NCBI GenBank assembly: GCA_021200535.1
Contig: JAJQGL010000114.1
Span: 1,171-65,170 of the forward strand
Reading direction: 5' to 3'
From: Clostridiaceae bacterium
GTDB taxonomy: Bacteria > Bacillota > Clostridia > Lachnospirales > Lachnospiraceae
Length of the DNA stretch: 64,000 nt
Shown: positions 18,628 through 29,099 of the stretch, one piece after another
Layout: each line of letters opens with the position of its first letter
How positions within the stretch are numbered: position 1 is the first letter of the stretch
The notes under the pieces: generated by a model
Seen by the model: only the letters and a program-made list of their open reading frames with translations
Told to the model about the DNA's origin: nothing
Database searches by the model: none
Translations under genes and position numbers: made by a program

Positions 18628-18719
18628 TTTTCGCCTCCATGTTGTGACCGCAGGGAGAAACTAATGGCGCGAATTGGTGGAGCCTGCGACACCAACTCGT
18701 ATTTTTATCTGCAAAAATG

Positions 18720-19217
18720 TTACATCTCTACCACGGAAAACTGTATACGGCCATCCTCCTCAATCGTAACAACCATGTAGGTTGGACGGTACCCAGGCTG
18801 CCTCGGGAGCGTTATGCTGCCCGGATTTAACATTTTGATCTCCGGCTGAATCTCAACCAGCGGCTGATGTGTATGACCGAAAAAAACCATAGATGCGCCA
18901 TTTGCCCTGGCAAGCCCGCGCATGGCATCTGTCCCCGCTTTACAGTTGTAGCGGTGCCCATGCGTAATCAATGCCGTCTGGTCCCCAATGGTAATCAGCT
19001 TGCTGATTGGAAGTTCCTGGTTGAAATCGCCATTTCCACGGACTGCCTCCAGCGGACAGCTGACCATATTCCGAATTTCCGAATACAGTCCTCCCATGTC
19101 TCCCAAATGAATCAGCATTTCCAGTTCTTCCCCTTTTTCCCCGAACAGTGACACTGCTTTTTGCAGATTGCCGTTCCTTCCATGGGAATCACTGACCACC
19201 AAAATTTTTCTTGCCAC
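18720..19217 (-). CDS. Metallophosphoesterase, YfcE/MJ0936 family
   Basis: VSDSHG, HLGD, RGNGD, THGH, FGHTH, NPGSI. Confidence 0.9.
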   Translation of the reverse strand: MARKILVVSDSHGRNGNLQKAVSLFGEKGEELEMLIHLGDMGGLYSEIRNMVSCPLEAVRGNGDFNQELPISKLITIGDQTALITHGHRYNCKAGTDAMRGLARANGASMVFFGHTHQPLVEIQPEIKMLNPGSITLPRQPGYRPTYMVVTIEEDGRIQFSVVEM

Positions 19218-19837
19218 TAAAGCACCTTCTCTCTGCGCAATTCCTGATACATCGCAACCAGTGCTTTCCCTCTGTGGCTCACTTTATTTTTCTCCTCGGG
19301 AGACAGCTCCGAGGTGGTACATCCAAATTCCGGCACATAGAAAATGGGATCATATCCAAAGCCGTTTGTCCCTTTTTCTTCATATCCAATGCGCCCCTCT
19401 ATTGTTCCGCGGCAGGTAATTGTCCGGCCGTCCGGAAACGCACAGGCAATCACACACACAAACCGCGCAGTCCGTTTTTCATCTGCAACCCCGTCAAGCA
19501 GGTCAATAATATGCTGATTTTTAATCGAATACGGCGTATCCTCACCCAGATATCTGGCAGAATAAATCCCCGGCGCTTTGTCCAGATAATCAACCTCCAG
19601 TCCGGAGTCATCCGCCAGAACCATCTGACCGGTGAGATCACTGATTTTTCTCGCCTTAATTACTGCATTTTCCTCAAAACTCTTTCCATCCTCAACAATT
19701 TCAACATCAAGAAGCCCTTCGTCCCTCAGCGAAGAAAACAAAATGTTTTCTCCCCGCAAAATCTCGCGGATCTCTTTCATCTTCCCCTCATTGCCCGTTG
19801 CAACAATTATTTTTTTAGTCTGTTCCTGCATATTCAT
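19217..19837 (-). CDS. rdgB: XTP/dITP diphosphatase (HAM1 family)
   Basis: ATGNEGKMKE, EDGKSFEENA, LADDSGL, PGIYSARY, GFGYDPIF, SHRGKAL. GGAGG precedes ATG 19837. Confidence 0.95.
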   Translation of the reverse strand: MNMQEQTKKIIVATGNEGKMKEIREILRGENILFSSLRDEGLLDVEIVEDGKSFEENAVIKARKISDLTGQMVLADDSGLEVDYLDKAPGIYSARYLGEDTPYSIKNQHIIDLLDGVADEKRTARFVCVIACAFPDGRTITCRGTIEGRIGYEEKGTNGFGYDPIFYVPEFGCTTSELSPEEKNKVSHRGKALVAMYQELRREKVL

Positions 19838-20969
19838 CCATTTCCTCCAAAGCCTGCACAATGCCGTTATAAACTCCAAGGGCAATCTCTTTTTGCCCCT
19901 CTTCTTTCCTGATATATTTTAAATCCTGGTCGTTTGACATATAGCCAATCTCTACAATCGCTGCCGGCACCTCTGAGTGATGCAGCAAATACAGGTCATT
20001 CCGCAGCAATGCGCCCCGGTTTCTCTGCTCTGTCACCGCAGTCAGCTGATTCACCAAAAGCTTCGCCAGACGTTCATTTGACATACCGGAATCCGCTGTC
20101 CCGCGGTCAGAATACAATGTCTCTACGCCATATGCCGTCTGGTCACCGATGCTGGATGCATTACAGTGAATGCTGACAAGGAGATCCGCATTCAGGCGGT
20201 TTGCCAGGTCAACCCTTGCTTTCTTGGTAACCGCTTCGTCTGTGGTCCGGGTATAATAAACCTGAATCCCATCTTCTTCAAGCAGCTTTCCCAGCCGCTT
20301 TGCAATCAAAAGAGTATACTGCTTTTCCAGATATTTCCCATCCTGTGAAAAAGTCCCCTCGTCCATGCCTCCGTGGCCGGCATCTATAACAACAATCTGG
20401 TCATAACGATTTTCCGGCTTTGTGAGGGCAATATAATATACATCCTCTGCCTCATACAGTTCCGGCTCGTAGATGCCCTTCATCTTAAAACTGATCTTGA
20501 CTGTCTTGTGCTGTCCGGTCTCAGTCTCTCCATCCCGAATTGTCATTTTCTTCAGCAGCGGATCGCTCTTTGCTTTCACTTCTCCACTGGCAGCGTGAAA
20601 CCCTTTTACTCTGGTAATATCATCTGCAGATATATCGTCTGCGGAAATCCCCTCTATACTTACCTGTATTCTGCAGTTTCTATAGTCCTGGCTGACATAG
20701 ATGCCGGCAGTTTCCCCAACTGCACGCTTTGCAATCCGGATATACGCATCCGATGACTCTTCCACATCAGACTTTGTCACATATTTCTCCGTCTCTTCCT
20801 GCGGCTCCTGTGTCGCCGCCGCTTCTGTTTCCCTGTGCTTGTTCCCTGCCATTGCGGTATGTTCTGATTTTAGCTCCAGCCGGCTCTGAAAGCAGAGACA
20901 CCCGACAAACACCACTGCAAAAAAAAGCACGCTCTGTACAGTAAGACGGCGCCATTCTTTTATCTCCAT
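19815..20969 (-). CDS. N-acetylmuramoyl-L-alanine amidase (Amidase_3) with N-terminal TM helix and extension
   Basis: VVIDAGHGGMD, E..YTL, VSIHCNA, AIVEIGYMSN. ATG 20969 chosen on the RBS (ORF track 21047). Confidence 0.9.
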   Translation of the reverse strand: MEIKEWRRLTVQSVLFFAVVFVGCLCFQSRLELKSEHTAMAGNKHRETEAAATQEPQEETEKYVTKSDVEESSDAYIRIAKRAVGETAGIYVSQDYRNCRIQVSIEGISADDISADDITRVKGFHAASGEVKAKSDPLLKKMTIRDGETETGQHKTVKISFKMKGIYEPELYEAEDVYYIALTKPENRYDQIVVIDAGHGGMDEGTFSQDGKYLEKQYTLLIAKRLGKLLEEDGIQVYYTRTTDEAVTKKARVDLANRLNADLLVSIHCNASSIGDQTAYGVETLYSDRGTADSGMSNERLAKLLVNQLTAVTEQRNRGALLRNDLYLLHHSEVPAAIVEIGYMSNDQDLKYIRKEEGQKEIALGVYNGIVQALEEMDEYAGTD

Positions 20970-21188
20970 CCTTCGCCTCCGTTTCAGCTTCTTCCATATG
21001 TATAGCATGTATAACGCATAATTCGCCCATACTATGAAATTATACATGAATCGGTATCGTTATGCAAGTCTGCCTTCCGGGTACAAATTGATTCTGCGCC
21101 TGTTTTTCGATTGAAAGAAAGACGATTTCATAGTATACTTAAAAAAGCTTGTTCATTTTACACATTAAAACAGGAAAGGCCGAATACG

Positions 21189-24098
21189 ATGATAAAAACA
21201 TATGATTTATCCGGCAGCTGGGACTTTGCAATGGACGCTGCCAAAAAAGGAATTACGGACAAACAGTTTCAAAATACAGAGTGGCATGACACAATTCCCC
21301 TGCCGGGAACCATCTCGCTTGCCAAAAAGGGAACCCCTTCTGACGCCAGAGAGACCGGATTTCTTACTGATCCGTACCTTTTTGAAGGCTACGCATGGTA
21401 TGCCAAAAACATTACACTGGACAAAAGCGATCTTTCGAAGGAAATCGTTCTGTATCTGGAGCGCACCCGTCTGACAAAGATCTGGATTGACGATACCTTT
21501 GCCGGCGAATATGACAGTCTGAACACGCCGCACCAGTATGATCTGACAAAATACATTACAAAAACCAGCTTTCGTCTGACCATTCTGGTTTCCAATGTAG
21601 ATTACCCGACCAAAGGCGGCCACCTTACCTCACCGGACACACAGACAAACTGGAATGGTATCATCGGTGAAATTGCACTGCATATTTATGAACCAATTCA
21701 TCTGACAAACATAAAAGTTTTTCCCGACACGGAAAGCAAATCTGCAGATGTTGCCTTTGACCTCGTCAACCACTCAGGCAGCGATGCCTCTGTAACCCTG
21801 AATGCTGCAGCGGCGCTGACAGATATAAACGGCGATACCGGTCTCCAGGCTCCGCCGGCTTCTTTTTCACTCAAGGCTCCTGCAGGCACTACAAAGCAGC
21901 GCATTACCTATTCTCTCGGTGAAAACGCTGCTTTCTGGAGCGAATATACTCCGGTGGTCTATCGGCTGGAGCTGTCCGTTGACGGCAGCGGCGAGACTTC
22001 ATCTGTCCTGTTTGGCCTGCGGAAATTCAGCACAAACGAAACTGAATTTTTGATAAACGGTACGCCTGTCTTTCTGCGCGGAAAGCACGATGGGCTTATT
22101 TTCCCGCTGACCGGTGCCGTTCCAACCACCGTTGCGGAATGGATTCGCGTAATGAAAATAGCAAAATCTTATGGAATTAACCACTACCGTTTCCACACCT
22201 GCTGTCCGCCAGAGGCTGCATTTACCGCAGCAGATTACCTTGGCATCTATATGGAGCCGCAGCTTCCGTTTTGGGGTACGCTGACTGCCCCGGGCGATAA
22301 AAACCATAACGAAGAAGAACAGCAGTATCTGATTACAGAGGGCTACCGCATGATGGATGCTTTTGGCAGCCATGCGTCATATTGCCTGATGTCGCTCGGC
22401 AATGAGCTTTGGGGAAGCAAAGAACGCATGGCTGAAATTATCCGCGGCTATAAGGCAGTTGACCAGAGGCATTTGTATACGCAGGGTTCAAACAATTTCC
22501 AGCACACGCCTGTGCTTTTGCCAGAGGATGATTTTTATGTCGGTGTGCGCTTTAGCAAAAACCGCCTGATTCGCGGTTCGTATGGCATGTGTGACGCTCC
22601 TCTGGGACATATCCAGTGGGATGAACCGTCTACCATGCACAATTATGACGAGGAAATTTTCCCGACGAAAACGGAGTCAGCCGATGCCGATGCAGCCGAA
22701 GAAATCGAAATCCAGTATGGCACCGGAGTCAAAAAGGTGAAAGCCGCTCAGGCAGAGGGGACACTTGTACCGCACATCCCGGTAGTATCCCATGAGATTG
22801 GACAATTTGCTGTCTATCCGAATTTTCAGGAAATCGACAAATATACCGGCGTGCTAAAAGCAAGAAACTTTGAAGTATTCCGGGAACGTCTGGAAGAAAA
22901 GGGAATGCTTGATCAGGCAGAGGATTTTTTCTATACCTCCGGAAAGCTTTCCGTACAGTGCTATAAGGAAGAGCTGGAGGCTGCGGCACGCACAAAGCGC
23001 CTGGCCGGCTACCAGATTCTGGATATTCAGGATTTTACCGGACAGGGAACTGCCCTTGTCGGCATTTTAGATGCTTTTATGGACAGCAAGGGACATGTCA
23101 CACCGGAGGAATGGTCCGGGTTCTGTTCTGACGGCATTTTGCTGGCGCAGTTCGCTTCATATATCCATACCAGCGGAGAAACATTTCCGGCGGACATGGC
23201 CATCCGTTACTACAATCCGGAACCCCTGACAAATAAAAAACTGCATTGGAGCGTATCTGCGAAAGATACCTGCGAGGATGCGGATGACAGCGGCATTCTG
23301 ACGGCAGCTCACGCTGTTGCCGAAGGCGATGTGGCAATTCCAGACCACGCTTTTGGTCTGGTACAGCTTGACACAGTCGAAATACCTCTTCCTGAGGAAA
23401 AGGAACCAAAGGTTTATACCCTTACGCTGACAGTAGAAAATACTCCTATGAAAAACACCTATGAATTTTACAGCTACCCGGCGAGCCGCAGCAGCCTGCC
23501 GATCAATGCGGTTTCACACATAAACGAAAACGGCTGCCATTTGTTTCTGACAACCGATTTTGACGAGGCTGATGCCATGCTCCGGCAGGGAAAACGCGTC
23601 CTTTATCTGCCGGAAGAGGTCCCGGAAAGCATTGAAGGCTTCTACTGCACCGACTTCTGGTGTTACCCAATGTTCCGCGATATCTGTGAGTGGATGAAAA
23701 AACCGGTTGCTGTAGGCACAATGGGGCTTCTCATACAGAGAGAACACCCGGCGCTAAGCAGTTTTCCGACGCATAAATATGCAACTCCACAGTGGTATCA
23801 GATCGTATCGCACAGTGACTGCGCTATTTTAGATGATGTGACGGAAAAGGATTACCGCCCAATCCTGCAGATGGTAGATAATTTTGACCGGAATCATAAG
23901 CTTGGAATCCTGTTTGAAGGAAAAGCCGGCAACGGCAGCCTGATGATCTGTACCTGCCGCCTGAGTGAAATTTCCAGCCGTCCGGAGGTGAAACAGTTTA
24001 CCAAATCCCTGATTGCCTATCTGACCTCGGAACAATTTGCGCCGCAGCAAACATTGGATATGGATAAACTTCGGAAAATATTTGTCCAGCCGTCCTAA
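21189..24098 (+). CDS. Glycoside hydrolase family 2 (beta-galactosidase/glucuronidase-like)
   Basis: FGLRKF...INGTPVFLRG, GINHYRFH, SLGNEL (acid/base) and VVSHEIG (nucleophile). AGGAAAGG precedes ATG 21189. Confidence 0.88.
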   Translation: MIKTYDLSGSWDFAMDAAKKGITDKQFQNTEWHDTIPLPGTISLAKKGTPSDARETGFLTDPYLFEGYAWYAKNITLDKSDLSKEIVLYLERTRLTKIWIDDTFAGEYDSLNTPHQYDLTKYITKTSFRLTILVSNVDYPTKGGHLTSPDTQTNWNGIIGEIALHIYEPIHLTNIKVFPDTESKSADVAFDLVNHSGSDASVTLNAAAALTDINGDTGLQAPPASFSLKAPAGTTKQRITYSLGENAAFWSEYTPVVYRLELSVDGSGETSSVLFGLRKFSTNETEFLINGTPVFLRGKHDGLIFPLTGAVPTTVAEWIRVMKIAKSYGINHYRFHTCCPPEAAFTAADYLGIYMEPQLPFWGTLTAPGDKNHNEEEQQYLITEGYRMMDAFGSHASYCLMSLGNELWGSKERMAEIIRGYKAVDQRHLYTQGSNNFQHTPVLLPEDDFYVGVRFSKNRLIRGSYGMCDAPLGHIQWDEPSTMHNYDEEIFPTKTESADADAAEEIEIQYGTGVKKVKAAQAEGTLVPHIPVVSHEIGQFAVYPNFQEIDKYTGVLKARNFEVFRERLEEKGMLDQAEDFFYTSGKLSVQCYKEELEAAARTKRLAGYQILDIQDFTGQGTALVGILDAFMDSKGHVTPEEWSGFCSDGILLAQFASYIHTSGETFPADMAIRYYNPEPLTNKKLHWSVSAKDTCEDADDSGILTAAHAVAEGDVAIPDHAFGLVQLDTVEIPLPEEKEPKVYTLTLTVENTPMKNTYEFYSYPASRSSLPINAVSHINENGCHLFLTTDFDEADAMLRQGKRVLYLPEEVPESIEGFYCTDFWCYPMFRDICEWMKKPVAVGTMGLLIQREHPALSSFPTHKYATPQWYQIVSHSDCAILDDVTEKDYRPILQMVDNFDRNHKLGILFEGKAGNGSLMICTCRLSEISSRPEVKQFTKSLIAYLTSEQFAPQQTLDMDKLRKIFVQPS

Positions 24099-25930
24099 GT
24101 AGCGCTATCTGGAAAAACAGGCAAGTCAAACTGGCTCTCGTATAGGTTTGCATAAAAGCCCTGTTTTTCCAGAAGCGTTTTATGATTTCCCTGCTCAACG
24201 ATCTTTCCGTCCTTCATGACAAGAATCATATCTGCATTCTGAATCGTGGACAGCCGGTGTGCTACAATAAAACTGGTTCTTCCCTCCATTAATTTCTTAA
24301 AGGCACTCTGTATTTTCATTTCCGTTCTGGTATCAATCGATGAAGTTGCCTCATCCAAAATAAGAATAGACGGCCTGCACAAAATTACTCTGGCAATGCA
24401 TAGCAGCTGTCTCTGCCCCTGAGACAGATTGTCCCCATTTTCTTTTATGACCGTATCATATCCATTGGGCAGACGTTTGATAAAACTGTGCGCATGCGAA
24501 AGCTTTGCTGCCTGTATCGCCTCTTCTCTGCCGGCATCCTCTCTGCCAAACAGGATATTTTCCAGAATGGTGCCATCTTTGAGCCAGGTTTCCTGCAAAA
24601 CCATGCCATAACGGCTTCGCAGCGCCTCCCTGGAATATGCGCGGATATCCTTTCCATCCACCAGAATCGCCCCGCCTGTCACGTCGTAAAAACGCATCAT
24701 TAAATTAATAATCGTCGTCTTGCCGCAGCCGGTAGGGCCGACAATCGCAATGCGCTGGCCGGGTTTTGCCTCCAGGTTTAAATTTTGAATCAGCGGTTTA
24801 TCTGCCGCATAAGAAAAATCCACATGGTCAAACTGCACACTGCCTGCAGCCTGCACTTTTTTCCCAGTCTGCGCATCTTTCCCCGCCAGTGTTCCTTCCG
24901 GTTTCTTTTCTGCCGTCTCAGCCTCTTCCGATTCCTTTTCTGCCGTCTCAGCCTCTTCCGGCTCTTCTATCAGTTCAAAGACACGACCGGCACAGGTAAT
25001 CGCATTCTGCAGCTCAGTAATTACACCGGAAATTTCATTAAACGGCTTCGTATATTGGTTCGCATAGCTTAAAAAGCAAGAAAGGCTTCCCACGCTAAGC
25101 TGCCCCTGAATCGCAAAAAATGCCCCGGTTATCCCAACGCCTGCATATACCAGATTGTTGACAAATCTGGTCGCCGGGTTGGTAATTGAAGAAAAAAAGG
25201 TAGCCCTTAACGAATATTTTTCCAGTCTTACATTGATTTGGGCAAAACGGTCCAGCACCTTTTTTTCCTGGCCATATGCCTGCACCACCTGCTGGTTTCC
25301 AATCATCTCATCAATCAGTCCGGTCTGCTCTCCGCGAACCTCAGACTGCTTCTGAAACATAAAATGTGTCCTTTTTGCTATAAATGCTGCGACAAAAAAG
25401 GAAAGCGGCGTGACTACAACTACCACCAGCGTAATCCAGACATTAATCCGCAGCATGAAAACCAGAGTCCCAAGAATAGTCAAAATACCTGTAAACGCCT
25501 GCGTAAACCCCATCAAAAGCCCATCTGCAAACTGATCGACATCTGCGATGATGCGGCTGACCACGTCCCCCACCGGATGCGCATCCAGATATTTGACCGG
25601 AAGCTTTTGTATTTTGTGAAAAGCATCCCTACGGATGTCCCGAACCACCGAATACGTAATCCGATTGTTCAATACATTCATAACCCATTGGGAAACGCCG
25701 GTAACAGCAATCACAACCACCATGCGCGCCAAAATGTCTTTCAGGCCTGTAAAATCTACCTTTCCCTTTTCTATCATCCGGTCTACCGCATCGCCAGTCA
25801 AAATCGGCAGATACAGGGTGAACACAACTGACACCGCTGCAAACAGCAGAGAAAGCAGAATCAGCCACCAATATTGCCGGATATAGAGAAGCACCTTTCT
25901 TATCGTCTTTTTTTGATTCTGTTTGCTCAT
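24095..25930 (-). CDS. ABC exporter, fused permease/ATPase (heterodimer subunit)
   Basis: TM domain, GPTGCGKT, LSQGQRQ, LILDEATS, IVAHRLST. Confidence 0.95.
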   Translation of the reverse strand: MSKQNQKKTIRKVLLYIRQYWWLILLSLLFAAVSVVFTLYLPILTGDAVDRMIEKGKVDFTGLKDILARMVVVIAVTGVSQWVMNVLNNRITYSVVRDIRRDAFHKIQKLPVKYLDAHPVGDVVSRIIADVDQFADGLLMGFTQAFTGILTILGTLVFMLRINVWITLVVVVVTPLSFFVAAFIAKRTHFMFQKQSEVRGEQTGLIDEMIGNQQVVQAYGQEKKVLDRFAQINVRLEKYSLRATFFSSITNPATRFVNNLVYAGVGITGAFFAIQGQLSVGSLSCFLSYANQYTKPFNEISGVITELQNAITCAGRVFELIEEPEEAETAEKESEEAETAEKKPEGTLAGKDAQTGKKVQAAGSVQFDHVDFSYAADKPLIQNLNLEAKPGQRIAIVGPTGCGKTTIINLMMRFYDVTGGAILVDGKDIRAYSREALRSRYGMVLQETWLKDGTILENILFGREDAGREEAIQAAKLSHAHSFIKRLPNGYDTVIKENGDNLSQGQRQLLCIARVILCRPSILILDEATSSIDTRTEMKIQSAFKKLMEGRTSFIVAHRLSTIQNADMILVMKDGKIVEQGNHKTLLEKQGFYANLYESQFDLPVFPDSAT

Positions 25931-27723
25931 GCCCGTTCCCCTTTCTCCTGAAACTGTGAATAATGAATTTCCTGATAGACCTGACAGCGGCTTAACAATT
26001 CATCATGCGTTCCCATCCCGATGACCTTTCCGTCCTCCAGCACCAGAATTTTATCTGCATGGAGCAGGGAAGATGTCCGCTGCGACACGATAAAGATTGT
26101 CGGATGATAGGACAATTTCTTCAATCCGCTGCGCAGCTTTGCATCTGTCGCATAATCCAACGCAGACGTACTGTCATCCAAAATCAGTATTTCCGGCCGG
26201 CGCACCAGCGCCCTCGCAATGCTCAGCCTCTGCCTTTGTCCGCCGGACAGATTTCTGCCGCCCTGCTCTACATGCGCATCGATTCCTTTCTCTTTTTTTT
26301 CAACAAATTCCATGGCCTGCGAAAGCTCCAATGCTTCCCGAAGCTCTTCCGGCGTGGCAGTTTCCTTGCCCCACAGAAGGTTTTCGCGTATTGTTCCCTG
26401 AAACAAAACTGCCTTCTGCATCACAATGCCGATTTTACTGCGCAGCTCTTCCAGCGGAAACTCTTTCACATTGATGCCGTCAACCAAAACATTCCCCTCT
26501 GTCGCATCATAAAATCTCGGAATCAAATGAACCAGAGAACTTTTTCCTGAGCCTGTCCCGCCAATGATTCCAATGGTTTCTCCCGGCTCCGCAGTAAAGT
26601 CAAGCCCCTCCACAGACGGCTCTGAAGCACCCTGATAGCAAAGCGCTGCATGCTGAAAGATAACCTGTCCGGAAATCCCTGTGTTGTCCGATCTTTGCTT
26701 TACCGTTTTGCTATCCGCTTTTTTCCCCGCTGCACCATCTTTTTCAAGATACTTTTCCATCTCCAGAGACGATTTTACCGCCAGAATGCTTTCCACCCGC
26801 CCGGCACATGCCAGCGCCTTATTGGATAGGACAATCGTATTCGCTAATTTCACAAGCTCCACCAGGATCTGCGACATATAGTTAATCAAAGCGACCACCT
26901 GCCCCTGACTAAGCGCTCCCGCATGAATGCGCAGCCCGCCTACCCATAGAAGCACAACAAGCGCAAGATTAATCATTACATAGGTCAGCGGATTCGTCAG
27001 TGCAGAAATTTTACCGACAAACAGCTGCGATTTTGCCAGAAGCGCATTTTCCTGTTCAAATTCCTGTTCCTCCGCGCGCTCCCGCATAAATGCACGGATT
27101 ACCCGGACGCCGGTCAGATTTTCACGTGTGCTGCCAAGAACCTGATCCAGCGCCGCCTGTACTTTTCTGTACAGCGGCATACTGATACCCATGATTCCAA
27201 ACACGACAAGCGCAAGCAGCGGAATCACCACAACAAATACCAGCGCCGCCTGTACATCCATAAAAAAGGACAGCACCATCGCCCCCAGCACAATAAACGG
27301 CGACCGCAGAAATAACCGAAGCGCCATATTGACACCAGACTGAACCTGATTGATGTCACTTGTCATCCGCGTGATCAGGGTTGACGTCCCGATCTGATCC
27401 ATTTCCGAAAAAGACAGGGACTCAATATGCGCAAACAAGGCGTAACGCAGCTTTGCAGCAAATCCAACCGCCGCCTTCGCCGCGTAATACTGTGCAGTGA
27501 CAGAACAGGACAGCCCTACCAGAGCAAGCAGCAGCAGGAGAGCTCCGTAACGAAAAATATATGCCCTGTCCTCTGAGGCAATTCCATAATCAATAATTGC
27601 CGCCGTCACCAGCGGCACCGTGAGGTCAAACCCCGCCTCCAGCAATTTAAAAAGCGGGCCCAAAATACATTCTTTTTTATAATCCTTTAAATATACCAAT
27701 AAGCTTTTCATGTCATTCTCCAA
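25927..27723 (-). CDS. ABC exporter, fused permease/ATPase (heterodimer subunit, degenerate site)
   Basis: TM domain, GGTGSGKS, LSGGQRQR, ILDDSTSALD (E to D) and VSQR (H to Q). This is the typical degenerate partner of heterodimeric exporters. Confidence 0.95.
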   Translation of the reverse strand: MENDMKSLLVYLKDYKKECILGPLFKLLEAGFDLTVPLVTAAIIDYGIASEDRAYIFRYGALLLLLALVGLSCSVTAQYYAAKAAVGFAAKLRYALFAHIESLSFSEMDQIGTSTLITRMTSDINQVQSGVNMALRLFLRSPFIVLGAMVLSFFMDVQAALVFVVVIPLLALVVFGIMGISMPLYRKVQAALDQVLGSTRENLTGVRVIRAFMRERAEEQEFEQENALLAKSQLFVGKISALTNPLTYVMINLALVVLLWVGGLRIHAGALSQGQVVALINYMSQILVELVKLANTIVLSNKALACAGRVESILAVKSSLEMEKYLEKDGAAGKKADSKTVKQRSDNTGISGQVIFQHAALCYQGASEPSVEGLDFTAEPGETIGIIGGTGSGKSSLVHLIPRFYDATEGNVLVDGINVKEFPLEELRSKIGIVMQKAVLFQGTIRENLLWGKETATPEELREALELSQAMEFVEKKEKGIDAHVEQGGRNLSGGQRQRLSIARALVRRPEILILDDSTSALDYATDAKLRSGLKKLSYHPTIFIVSQRTSSLLHADKILVLEDGKVIGMGTHDELLSRCQVYQEIHYSQFQEKGERA

Positions 27724-27914
27724 TCCCGCTGATGCGCCGTCTCATTGACCTTTCGCATCAGAGCGCAGAATATTCTTATATTTTTTCTTTACAGATTGTA
27801 CAGGAAAAAAAGCAAGGATTCAATCCTTTCTTTAAATATTAATTTGCCATATTGCTTTTTTTTATCTATAATAAAATAAAAATCAAACAATTCACAGCAA
27901 TTAGGAGGTCTGTC

Positions 27915-29099
27915 TTGGAAACATTTGAGTTAATTGCGCCCTGCCATTTTGGTTTAGAGGCTGTTTTAAAAAGAGAAATCGTTGCACTTGGCTATGACAT
28001 CATAAAAGTAGAAGACGGCAAAGTTACATTTACCGGAGATGCTGCCGCTATCGCACGGGCAAATATGTTTCTGCGCACCACCGAACGTATTCTGATTAAA
28101 GTAGGCAGCTTCCAGGCGACCACCTTTGATGAGCTGTTTGAAGGAACAAAAGCACTGCCATGGGAAAAATATATTCCGGAGGACGGCAGGTTCTGGGTCA
28201 CAAAAGCCACCTCCATTAAGAGTAAGCTTTTCAGTCCCTCTGATATCCAGTCTATCATGAAAAAAGCAATGGTAGACCGGCTGAAAAAAAAGTATAACCG
28301 AAACTGGTTTGAAGAGGATGGCGCAGATTTTCCAGTCCGTGTAACGCTGATGAAGGATGAGGTAACTGTCGGTCTGGATACTTCCGGCGTTTCCCTGCAC
28401 AAACGGGGATACCGCCGGGCTACCGTAAAAGCCCCGATTACCGAAACCCTTGCCGCCGCGCTCATTCTGCTCACTCCCTGGAAAAGGGACCGCATTCTGG
28501 TAGACCCATTCTGCGGCAGCGGAACCTTCCCGATTGAAGCAGCCATGATTGGCGCAAACATTGCCCCGGGGAGAAACCGCTCTTTTACAGCAGAAACCTG
28601 GGGGCATCTGCTCCCGAAAAAAATCTGGTACCACGCTGTCGATGAAGCAGACGACCTGATCATCCGAAACCCGGAAATGGACATCCAGGGATATGATATC
28701 GACCCGGATGCGATCCGCGCTGCCATGGAAAATGCAAGACATGCCGAGGTGGAACACCTGCTTCATCTCCAGCAAAGACCGCTATGTGAAATGAGCCACC
28801 GCAAGAAATACGGATTTATTATTACAAATCCTCCATATGGCGAGCGGTTAAGTGAAAAGAAAGAACTTCCTGCACTGTATCGTGAAATCGGAAAAATCTA
28901 TCGGAGTTTAGACAGCTGGTCTATGTTTTTGATTAGTGCATATAAGGATGCACAAAAAGATATTGGAAAAAAAGCAGACAAAAACAGAAAAATTTATAAT
29001 GGCATGATGAAAACCTGGTTTTATCAATACATGGGGCCAAAGCCTCCAAAAAGAAAACATCCGGAAAACGAAGCACTGCTGTCAGAAAGGCCCTTCTGA
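27915..29099 (+). CDS. THUMP-domain class I SAM-dependent RNA methyltransferase (RlmL/YpsC-like)
   Basis: LDTSGVSLHKRGYR, APITETLAAA, DPFCGSGT, ITNPPYGER. AGGAGG precedes TTG 27915. Confidence 0.92.
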   Translation: METFELIAPCHFGLEAVLKREIVALGYDIIKVEDGKVTFTGDAAAIARANMFLRTTERILIKVGSFQATTFDELFEGTKALPWEKYIPEDGRFWVTKATSIKSKLFSPSDIQSIMKKAMVDRLKKKYNRNWFEEDGADFPVRVTLMKDEVTVGLDTSGVSLHKRGYRRATVKAPITETLAAALILLTPWKRDRILVDPFCGSGTFPIEAAMIGANIAPGRNRSFTAETWGHLLPKKIWYHAVDEADDLIIRNPEMDIQGYDIDPDAIRAAMENARHAEVEHLLHLQQRPLCEMSHRKKYGFIITNPPYGERLSEKKELPALYREIGKIYRSLDSWSMFLISAYKDAQKDIGKKADKNRKIYNGMMKTWFYQYMGPKPPKRKHPENEALLSERPF

